Virus record (IMG/VR): IMGVR_UViG_2778261398_000002
Location: 1,338-65,337 of that record
Strand: one strand, 5' to 3'
Length of the DNA: 64,000 bases
Source: a virus
Taxonomy: Duplodnaviria; Caudoviricetes
The first letter of the stretch is position 1; each line of letters opens with the position of its first letter. The notes beneath the pieces were generated by a model. That model was not told where the DNA came from, ran no database searches, and worked only from the letters and a program-made list of their open reading frames with translations. The position numbers and the translations under genes are program-made. Of this stretch, positions 49,974-57,368 are shown piece after piece.

Positions 49974-50216
49974 GTGGAAAGGGATTTAATCAAAGTTATT
50001 GCAACACGACCAGTTACCCTCCGCCGAGAGATACCTCGGCCATGGTGGGCCTTTTGGAGAACCAAGTACAGCTATATTAACCAGACCCAGACCGTTGTTC
50101 TACATGAGTCTGTTGATAAACGAGAGTACAGACAGAATCTGGATCTCCAAAAGAAACGAGATGAGAAATACCCGGCTTCAAAGGGCTGGGTGATCCACTA
50201 CGTACCTGTAGATTAG
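49974..50216 (+). CDS. hypothetical protein
   Basis: 80 aa, GTG start with AGGAG RBS. Confidence 0.6.
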   Translation: MERDLIKVIATRPVTLRREIPRPWWAFWRTKYSYINQTQTVVLHESVDKREYRQNLDLQKKRDEKYPASKGWVIHYVPVD

Positions 50217-50285
50217 GCATGTAGTATTTTTACTTCAACAACGAAACCTATGTGAACTTCAACCCGTAACGAAGAAGGTGCTAAC

Positions 50286-50609
50286 ATGAAAATCAAAGAC
50301 ACAACACTGATCAATGACATGCTCGTGTTCCTGGCCAAGGACTCCGACAAGGTAGTCGGCCGCGTAGACTTTCTCGCCAAGACGAGAATGGGTGTTCGTG
50401 TTGACGACACCATCCAACTGTCATTCGACGTTGTCGACCGCGACGACAGCCTCACCCTCGGCGACACCGTATCGATCGCCGTCGGCACCGGCGAGATTCA
50501 AATTGTTGAATCTGCCTTCAAAGAAGACAAGTCAGAAACCAAGCGGAAGAAAGAACCGTCGTCTGCCGGTTGTTCGTCCAAGATCAGTCTGACTGCCGAG
50601 CGTCTCTGA
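50286..50609 (+). CDS. hypothetical protein
   Basis: 107 aa, AAGGTG RBS, beta-rich pattern. Confidence 0.65.
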   Translation: MKIKDTTLINDMLVFLAKDSDKVVGRVDFLAKTRMGVRVDDTIQLSFDVVDRDDSLTLGDTVSIAVGTGEIQIVESAFKEDKSETKRKKEPSSAGCSSKISLTAERL

Positions 50610-50615
50610 TAAAAT

Positions 50616-50646
50616 AAAAAAGAAAGGGCGCTGCCCTTTCTTTTTT
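50616..50646. terminator. intrinsic terminator
   Basis: AAAAAAGAAAGGGC-GCT-GCCCTTTCTTTTTT. Confidence 0.9.
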
Positions 50647-50664
50647 CTCTAATAGGATCACCCC

Positions 50665-51195
50665 ATGACATCAATTGTCTTCCACGACGGGATGCTGGTA
50701 GCGGATCAAAAGCACCTGATAATGCTCTCCCCGTTCCAGACTTACCTCGCTACCAAAATCTTTAAGTCTTCTGACGGACAGTTCTACTTTGCATACACCG
50801 GACCGACCATCGGACCCGACGATGTAGAGCGAATGGAACGCTATTCCCGAAGAATCATCGAACGGTCGCTGGCGATGGGGTCTCGGAAACACCCTATCGA
50901 GTCAGTTCTGTGTGGCGAGGAGCCCGCTTTTGCAGGTAACGGTATTCTGGTCACCAAGACGAATCAGTTTGCCGTTGTTCACGAAGGCGAAGAGATACGA
51001 CGACTTGACGGAGCTACACACGGAGCAGGATCGGGCGGTACTATCCTAGCCACCATGCTCATGGGAGGATGTCCCGTCAACGTTGCCATGCAGCGGTTGC
51101 AACTGGTAGATCCGTTGTCCTCAGTCGAACACGACGTCGTCTACTCGAAACGACTCAAACAGTTCAGAGTCACAGGAGTCCCCAAATGTCCCTGA
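50665..51195 (+). CDS. HslV/proteasome-beta-like Ntn hydrolase
   Basis: Thr after Met (MTSIV), LVAD, ATKIF, FAYTG, GAGSGG and VDPLSS match the Thr1/Asp17/Lys33/Ser129/Asp166 pattern. Confidence 0.75.
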   Translation: MTSIVFHDGMLVADQKHLIMLSPFQTYLATKIFKSSDGQFYFAYTGPTIGPDDVERMERYSRRIIERSLAMGSRKHPIESVLCGEEPAFAGNGILVTKTNQFAVVHEGEEIRRLDGATHGAGSGGTILATMLMGGCPVNVAMQRLQLVDPLSSVEHDVVYSKRLKQFRVTGVPKCP

Positions 51196-51791
51196 GTATG
51201 GTGTTCTATAGAAACGGTCGGGTCGGGTTCCCCATGGGACCACGGGCGACTTCCGTCAGCGATCATGTCCACATCGAGGACGATATCTCAAGTTACTTCA
51301 CCCCCGATGGGTTCTATTACCCCATCCGTAACACAGGCCCGGCCATCAGCGACATTCTCAACAACCGAGTGCCGTTCATTTCACATCCAAGGCTACGTTT
51401 TTTGTCCGCCTACATTCACGTCAACAAAGAAGGTCTGTTCTGTCAGGTGACCGCATCTAAGGCCCTTGACAACGAAGTAGAGATCTCGATGACAGACTTG
51501 CCGATGGGACAGAGGTCCTATCTCATTTCGTCGGACGACTGCAATGCACGCGACAGTGCTGTGGGTGCGATGCTTGCGTGTAAGACTGAAGAAGACTTCC
51601 AGAAACTAACAAACGACACCTTCGTGTTACAGGGCAGAGAGATCGTTTGGATGTCCCTGGAAGATTTGATCCGACGGTGTCGGATCGTGTGGGCTGACGA
51701 TATCAAGGGTCCGGGTAACGAAGCCCGGGAAATGCGAAAGAAACTGCAAGCAGAGCGAAAGCAGAAAGCGGCCAGTGCTGAAGAAAAATAA
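51186..51791 (+). CDS. degenerate paralogue of the upstream Ntn hydrolase
   Basis: SMVFYRNGRV, FTPDGFYYPIRNTGPAI and AVGAML align by eye with the upstream gene; catalytic residues absent. Confidence 0.55.
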   Translation: MSLSMVFYRNGRVGFPMGPRATSVSDHVHIEDDISSYFTPDGFYYPIRNTGPAISDILNNRVPFISHPRLRFLSAYIHVNKEGLFCQVTASKALDNEVEISMTDLPMGQRSYLISSDDCNARDSAVGAMLACKTEEDFQKLTNDTFVLQGREIVWMSLEDLIRRCRIVWADDIKGPGNEAREMRKKLQAERKQKAASAEEK

Positions 51792-51861
51792 AGAACTGGT
51801 CTTTGGTTTTATAGTCAACAGCAACGATGTCTACTCAAGGTAGACGATTAAGGAGAAAGAG

Positions 51862-52071
51862 ATGTCCATTGAAATCCTCGAAACTGACGATGCCGTAGAA
51901 CAACTGCAAGATGTTTTTCAAACGTGGCAGGGCGAGATCCCTTCTGCGGGCGAGCTGGTTGCTTTCGTCGAGGCATTGGAAACCAACGGTCTGGGTCTGG
52001 TAGTAGTTGAAGAAAGTCCCTCTGTTGAATCCGATGACGACGCGGACGAAGAAACCGTGGAGGACGACTAG
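51862..52071 (+). CDS. small acidic hypothetical protein
   Basis: 69 aa, AAGGAG RBS. Confidence 0.7.
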   Translation: MSIEILETDDAVEQLQDVFQTWQGEIPSAGELVAFVEALETNGLGLVVVEESPSVESDDDADEETVEDD

Positions 52072-52078
52072 GTAAATT

Positions 52079-52627
52079 AATACCTGAATCGCCCTATGTA
52101 TGAGGGAGTATTCACTCGAGTGTTTCCTGCCACAGTCAAGACTTCAGAACCCCCGTACACAGAAATCGCTGGTGGGCAGGAAACCATTAACATGTTGACC
52201 GTTATCACGACGGTCATAAAAGAGCGTCGCTGGGGTGGGCACGACCACCTCAGCAATTGCGCCGTCGAGGCTATTCGTGTTAGCCATCGCAAACCGACTC
52301 ACCTAGGAATGCGGGACGACAAGGTGACCTTCCGAGGCTTGAACACTATTTCGGCTTCGGACTTAGGCTGAGAGGCCAGCCATAGGGCCAAATCGTTAGG
52401 GTGATGCCCAAGCCCAAACGACTCCACTACCTGAGGGCTAGTCCTGGTGCAAGGATGAAGTGCGCATACTGAGGTCGCACCGACCGATGAAAAAGGCGTT
52501 GAGTTGTGTCGGGACCTGACCCGACGCTGGGCGACAAGCCAATGGTTGTGTCGTAGCTAAAAGCTGCTCAAACGGAGAAAGCCCCGCTGGGAAACCAGCG
52601 GGGTTCTATTCGCTTTTTTTTCTTTTT
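52079..52627 (+). ncRNA. candidate large structured ncRNA (~550 nt)
   Basis: About ten consecutive stems, no ORF with an RBS, strong terminator GCCCCGCTGG-GAAA-CCAGCGGGGT plus T-run. Confidence 0.6.
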
Positions 52628-52668
52628 GTGTAGAAGTATGGTATGGAGCCCCTCACCGGAGAATACCC

Positions 52669-52929
52669 ATGCTTCGATGCGCCTCACCGGATGTGTACGA
52701 TACATTCGACTACAGGGTATGGCTCATTGGGAAGGATATCTTAGTTAAGCTGGGATACGTTGTCATCGAGAAGCATACCTGCACGGAAATACGAGATCCA
52801 ACCAACAACCATCTCTATGCGATCTGGTTTAACCAGTGCGCACGCGAGGTGCGGGGAGGATGGATCATGAGACACTCAGTGGCTGGCCACGATGATGAGC
52901 TCAAAAAACATTTCAAAAGGGAGGCTTAG
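52669..52929 (+). CDS. hypothetical protein
   Basis: 86 aa, GGAG RBS. Confidence 0.55.
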   Translation: MLRCASPDVYDTFDYRVWLIGKDILVKLGYVVIEKHTCTEIRDPTNNHLYAIWFNQCAREVRGGWIMRHSVAGHDDELKKHFKREA

Positions 52930-52940
52930 GCCTCCCTTTA
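52917..52940 (+). terminator. intrinsic terminator
   Basis: AAGGGAGGC-TTAG-GCCTCCCTT. Confidence 0.75.
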
Positions 52941-53042
52941 TGTCGCTAAGGCCTCTATTAGCTCCTGTGAGAACGTTTCTGGGATATTTTTACCTACCCC
53001 ACCTATTCTATGCTAACGAGGCACAGAGAGCATTCTAAGAAG

Positions 53043-53059
53043 TTTAAGACATACATCAT
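53043..53059 (+). promoter_or_regulatory. putative early promoter
   Basis: TTTAAGACATACATCAT at the head of the paralogue operon. Confidence 0.7.
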
Positions 53060-53091
53060 AACTGTGTAGCACCAACCCAACTGGATTGCTT

Positions 53092-53463
53092 ATGGTGAAT
53101 AAAGCGTTATTTATCTACGACGTTTCTTGCTTAATAGAAGACGTTCGTGACGAACTGAAGAACCTCCTAGAAAGGTTCAAGGTTGGCGATGATCCGGTCC
53201 CTCACGATCGCAATGGCAACACACTAAACGACTACATCGTTTACTGTATTCGTGACAGACTGGTAGAATTGCATTACATGGTCTTTGATGAACATCGAAT
53301 ATGGGCCCTCCGACTACCGGAAGAGACACGTAATGCGATTCGACAACTCGACATTCGGGAGCCAGATCGGCTCTACGGACAAATAACAATCCCAATCGAA
53401 TACCAGTGCCGTTATGCAGACCTGCGTCTGGTTGGCAGCGATCTGTATATTCACTTTGACTAG
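53092..53463 (+). CDS. hypothetical protein, putative paralogue family member 1
   Basis: ALFIYDVSCLIEDV...LVGSDLYIHF. Confidence 0.65.
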   Translation: MVNKALFIYDVSCLIEDVRDELKNLLERFKVGDDPVPHDRNGNTLNDYIVYCIRDRLVELHYMVFDEHRIWALRLPEETRNAIRQLDIREPDRLYGQITIPIEYQCRYADLRLVGSDLYIHFD

Positions 53464-53474
53464 GAGTCCGACCA

Positions 53475-54326
53475 GTGATTCACTTATTCCCAATCGAACA
53501 GCTCGCTGAGGAACTGAGGTACGATCTGATCGATTACGCCGAGCGAAACAATCTACCGGCAGACCGCATAACGGGCAGTCTCACTCGTGAAGTCATAACC
53601 TCGCACGTGGTCGAAGTCATAGCCGGATATCAGAATTGGATAACCGAAACACTTTGCGTGCCTGCCGTGGCCGAGAACCTGGCCAACGTCTTCCATGAGG
53701 CGGGTATCTGGAAAGTGACCGGCACAACACTCGATATCGCTGACGCGCTGAATCGCTTGGCGCGTGCCGAGTACAACGCGGAGGTTTCCATCCAGCGCGT
53801 ACTGGTGGCTCTTTGTGTAGAATCGGGATCACGACACGACGACGGTGTTTACTGTGACGTCGTCGATCGTTACGTAGGGTTCATCAACGAAACCATTGAC
53901 GACATTTACCACAGAAAGGTCCGCGCACTGGGCGGGTCTGAGGAAACGGCAGGTTGGTACATAACAATCCCCTATCTGTTCGGTGGTGACCTGTGCATCG
54001 TGACATGGGAAGACTATCGTGTGGTCGCGACAAAACAGGGTCTAGGTCGACGGGTCGCTAAACGGCACGTGGGTCATCAAAAGTCAACACCGGACCTCCA
54101 TCGGTTATTGGAAGTCAAACCACGGGACGCTGGCGGGGATCGGGTTCTCGTTGTGGATCATCAATCGGTGGCCTTGTCTTCCATCTCGGCCACGCAGGAG
54201 CGTGAGGAAGCAGAGCTCGAAGTGATATCTGGTAAGTGGAAAACTGTCATCAGAAAAGACGGCAGTATATCCATCTCTCGTGTTGTTGAGGGAGACCCTA
54301 AATTCCTTACAGGGGGACACATATGA
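53475..54326 (+). CDS. hypothetical protein, putative family member 2 with C-terminal extension
   Basis: IHLFPIEQLAEEL...LFGGDLCIVT; AGGAG RBS. Confidence 0.65.
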   Translation: MIHLFPIEQLAEELRYDLIDYAERNNLPADRITGSLTREVITSHVVEVIAGYQNWITETLCVPAVAENLANVFHEAGIWKVTGTTLDIADALNRLARAEYNAEVSIQRVLVALCVESGSRHDDGVYCDVVDRYVGFINETIDDIYHRKVRALGGSEETAGWYITIPYLFGGDLCIVTWEDYRVVATKQGLGRRVAKRHVGHQKSTPDLHRLLEVKPRDAGGDRVLVVDHQSVALSSISATQEREEAELEVISGKWKTVIRKDGSISISRVVEGDPKFLTGGHI

Positions 54327-54796
54327 AGACATCCGTTGTCTTTTCTGTAAGCGACATACTGGTCGACATCATCGAAGAACTCTCACCGGTGATGACGAAA
54401 GAACGTGCTGAGAAGGCAAACTTGCTACCCCTGATAGAGATGGCTATTGACATTTATATCCACGGGTATGTACTGGGGTCCCCACAAGGTCCCACCGCAG
54501 CACTGATGTCGCTGGGGTTGTCCCAGAAGGATGCGACCAGGTTATCTGAACACATATCCTACAGTGTCCAAGTGCTGCTGGATCGTCTGCTTGTAAACTT
54601 CAGAGACACTGAGCGATCAGTCAACGTCATCGTTGCTCCAAATGGCGAGGTGGAACTGCTGATATTCGAGCCAAACGTTACGATGAAGTCCGATGCAAGT
54701 CGGCTGGAGAAGGAGATGAGTGAAGCCATTGAAAACGGCGACTATTATCCCGAACGCATTCGAGCACTTCACGGTTCCTTGAAAATGATAGGGTAG
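54323..54796 (+). CDS. hypothetical protein, putative family member 3
   Basis: VVFSVSDILVDI...APNGEVELLI. Confidence 0.65.
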   Translation: MKTSVVFSVSDILVDIIEELSPVMTKERAEKANLLPLIEMAIDIYIHGYVLGSPQGPTAALMSLGLSQKDATRLSEHISYSVQVLLDRLLVNFRDTERSVNVIVAPNGEVELLIFEPNVTMKSDASRLEKEMSEAIENGDYYPERIRALHGSLKMIG

Positions 54797-54824
54797 CCCC
54801 GGCTACCCTTATGACGGTGAAACT

Positions 54825-55307
54825 ATGCTTGTCAGAATAGAACTAGAGGACAACGATATTCTCAAGGACTATCGTGCTGACCTCGACACCTTCAATGTCC
54901 CGCACGACATCATGTTTGAGATCACAGCCACTGCCTTGCAGTTGTCGGTTGAGAGCGGTGATGACATGATGGGTGATCGCGGGTTTTTCCAGAGTACCAT
55001 GGTCGACTTCTGTCTAGAACAGATAGTCCTCGGCGGATACATGAAGAACCAGCGACCCGACGAAGTTGAGGTTGTCGATGGGGTTGCCTACACGGTATCG
55101 TCAGAGGTTGGTCTTTCATACGCCCTGGCTGAAATCGTGGAACAAATTTACATCCAACTCTATCCTACGTTTAAGAGACTTCTCTCCGGCAACCCAAGGA
55201 GAAAGATTGTCTTCCTGAAAGAACAAAACGACACGTTGATCATGAGAGTACTGGATTCACCCAGCGAACCTCGAACAACCATAGGACCGATTGAGAGTTA
55301 TATCTGA
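54825..55307 (+). CDS. hypothetical protein, putative family member 4
   Basis: VRIELEDNDILKDY...EQNDTLIMRV. Confidence 0.65.
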   Translation: MLVRIELEDNDILKDYRADLDTFNVPHDIMFEITATALQLSVESGDDMMGDRGFFQSTMVDFCLEQIVLGGYMKNQRPDEVEVVDGVAYTVSSEVGLSYALAEIVEQIYIQLYPTFKRLLSGNPRRKIVFLKEQNDTLIMRVLDSPSEPRTTIGPIESYI

Positions 55308-55720
55308 TGAAGCCCGTGATTTTGATCCTTCCAACGAACGAGTTAATGTTCGACATAAAGGGAACCGAGCTACTGTTGTCTGCTCACAGCGTTACGGCGT
55401 ATAAACTGGTGGAAGATCTGGTGATGTATATGGCCAGAGATATTCAGACCAGGGTCGATGCCAAGGTAGCCGAACTCCGGTCTCTCTCGACCATGGACAT
55501 TGAACTGGATGCCTGGATCAATGATTACCTGGATGACCAGGCATCACACCTGGATGAACGGGACAAGTCCGACTTCATTCGCCTGATAAGACTGATCGCC
55601 GAGAACATTCGCGAAGAGGTCGCTTTCCTACCGAGGTACTTGGAGAGCTCCAAGCCTCTCGTAGTTATTCCACATTCGTGGCTGGGGGACGACTTCACCT
55701 TGAAGTTATTGTACAACTAG
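55307..55720 (+). CDS. hypothetical protein, putative family member 5
   Basis: VILILPTNELMFDI...WLGDDFTLKL. Confidence 0.65.
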   Translation: MKPVILILPTNELMFDIKGTELLLSAHSVTAYKLVEDLVMYMARDIQTRVDAKVAELRSLSTMDIELDAWINDYLDDQASHLDERDKSDFIRLIRLIAENIREEVAFLPRYLESSKPLVVIPHSWLGDDFTLKLLYN

Positions 55721-55755
55721 CCGTCTTCTCGTACACGTTGACTAGGAGCCAACCA

Positions 55756-56160
55756 GTGATCACTATAAGCAATGGCCATCAACAGCGATCGTTGATCCTG
55801 CCTACAGCGGAAGCATACAGGGACTTCTATACCGCCGTTTCCAGAATGCAGAACATCGACTTCGACATGAATCAGATCGGCAACGCGGTCGTTAACCTCA
55901 TGGCGTTCACCGACGAGCCGGACAGTAGTGAATATAGTCGACTCATGGACTCGTTGTCTAGGCACGGTAGTCCTGGTTACGAGAAAACCGTCGACGGCGG
56001 CATCCTAGCAGACGCCACCGCACAACTCATCGTTGCCGTATCGACCATATTCAAGCGATCCACTGGTCATCGATACAGCAAGGTGGACACGTCACTCAAC
56101 TACATTTTCAAGAGCTGGGATGCCGATGGCAATCTCTGGCTGTCCGAATTCCCCTTCTAA
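55756..56160 (+). CDS. hypothetical protein, putative family member 6
   Basis: GTG 55756 with AGGAG RBS; SLILPTAEAYRDF...DADGNLWLSE. Confidence 0.65.
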   Translation: MITISNGHQQRSLILPTAEAYRDFYTAVSRMQNIDFDMNQIGNAVVNLMAFTDEPDSSEYSRLMDSLSRHGSPGYEKTVDGGILADATAQLIVAVSTIFKRSTGHRYSKVDTSLNYIFKSWDADGNLWLSEFPF

Positions 56161-56178
56161 CAAGAGCCGAGGTTTACT

Positions 56179-56424
56179 ATGACCGATTCAGCAATTTCCC
56201 GTCATGCAACACTGTTTAGAGAATTCAAGTACCGCACCGTACCCTGGTCGCGAGAGGGTATTCGAAAACAAAAAGCGCGTAATGGTTTGTTGGTAGAAGA
56301 GTTGAACATGGAAGACAAATACGGATTGGATGGTTTCTCCGATTCCATTCCTCTTCCGATGCGCCCCAGTAAACGGCGGTACCTTGCTAAAATCAAGCGC
56401 TATGTTAGCAGGGTAACAAAATAG
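56179..56424 (+). CDS. small basic hypothetical protein
   Basis: 81 aa, GAGG RBS, Lys/Arg-rich; does not fit the family pattern. Confidence 0.6.
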   Translation: MTDSAISRHATLFREFKYRTVPWSREGIRKQKARNGLLVEELNMEDKYGLDGFSDSIPLPMRPSKRRYLAKIKRYVSRVTK

Positions 56425-56435
56425 CGAGGTGTCCC

Positions 56436-56771
56436 TTGATCGTCGTACTCGAAGTAGAAGAATTGAAGAATATCGGACTTTGGCTGATGTCCTCTTTGGG
56501 CACAGCACTGGCCGACCTAGACGCCCCGGACGGGTTGTTGGATTTGAACCCCGTTGACGATTTGACGGCGTTACTCGAGTATCATCTGGGCCTCTCTGTT
56601 GATCTATCCCCCGAACTCCTCGACTTGTATGACAATGGACTGGCTGAAGAGTTCAACGTGTTCACTAACCAGAGGGGTATCAGGAACCTCCTTAAAGCGG
56701 TTACGCACGTGACATGCGGCGGACAGTTCGATACCCTAGAGATTTACATCAATACAGGAGTGACATTGTGA
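56436..56771 (+). CDS. hypothetical protein, putative family member 7
   Basis: IVVLEVEELKNI...GQFDTLEIYI; GAGGTG RBS. Confidence 0.6.
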   Translation: MIVVLEVEELKNIGLWLMSSLGTALADLDAPDGLLDLNPVDDLTALLEYHLGLSVDLSPELLDLYDNGLAEEFNVFTNQRGIRNLLKAVTHVTCGGQFDTLEIYINTGVTL

Positions 56772-57178
56772 TTATTGCAGAGAACATCGCCATTGGCTCG
56801 ACTATCAGTTTCTCGGTCTATGGTGAACAGGTATTGGGTTCGGGATTCAAGCGCGCAAAGGTACAAGCCCTGCTTGACCCTGAAACGGCAATGCGTTATG
56901 CCGATGTGGTAGCAATGCACAGCCAGGTACTGCCTTTCCTACCAGAGGGCACTCCAAGCAGCTACTCTGGGTACTACTACCTCAAGCTGAAGATGCCGAA
57001 CCAGACAACTACGATTGTCGGTGTGCCGTGGATCAAGCTCGAGACCGTGGAGGTCTATAGCGCAACGTCTCTCCAGTTCGACATCCACAACGTGTCCCCA
57101 CAGGACCAGGATCGCATCCGTCGTCTTCTCTTGGCAAACAACTACACCCAGCTGGAGTCTCGCACGTTGGATGTGTAA
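56768..57178 (+). CDS. conserved beta-barrel (SH3-like) protein preceding the DNA polymerase (phiKZ gp49-like)
   Basis: GTG 56768 with AGGAG RBS; IGSTISFSVY..VLG and YYYLKL...TIVGVPWI; position matches recalled synteny. Confidence 0.6.
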   Translation: MIIAENIAIGSTISFSVYGEQVLGSGFKRAKVQALLDPETAMRYADVVAMHSQVLPFLPEGTPSSYSGYYYLKLKMPNQTTTIVGVPWIKLETVEVYSATSLQFDIHNVSPQDQDRIRRLLLANNYTQLESRTLDV

Positions 57179-57279
57179 CTTTTTTACATCTTGTAGTATT
57201 GTATGCAAGTAGCTCTATTCGGTTGGGCGATATAGTAGTTGCTTCGGTTGTTCTGTTGTATAAGGCTATTCGATACTCA

Positions 57280-57310
57280 GCCCCTCCCGGTTTGGGAGGG
57301 GTCTTTTTTT
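57280..57310 (+). terminator. intrinsic terminator
   Basis: GCCCCTCCC-GGTTT-GGGAGGGGT plus T7. Confidence 0.85.
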
Positions 57311-57368
57311 GTTTTCTTTTTTTACAGTCGTACTGTATCTATTGAAGATAGAAACGGGCAAGTAAACT

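Noticed and set aside
52009-52172. GAAGAAAGTCC and ACAGAA resembling RNase P conserved regions
   Set aside because: The first block lies inside a coding gene (VEESP) and the spacing is far too short for bacterial RNase P RNA.
52096-52371. 91-aa ORF within the structured region
   Set aside because: No RBS, and it is almost entirely covered by stems; treated as incidental unless ribosome profiling shows otherwise.
52393-52440. CCCAAGCCC and GAGGG resembling twister or pistol ribozyme cores
   Set aside because: The closing helix and other conserved elements are not in the right arrangement; no CUGANGA/GAAA hammerhead core was found either.
52940-53042. Mixed purine/pyrimidine tract upstream of the 53043 promoter
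   Set aside because: No second copy, stable stem or motif found in the window; nothing testable.
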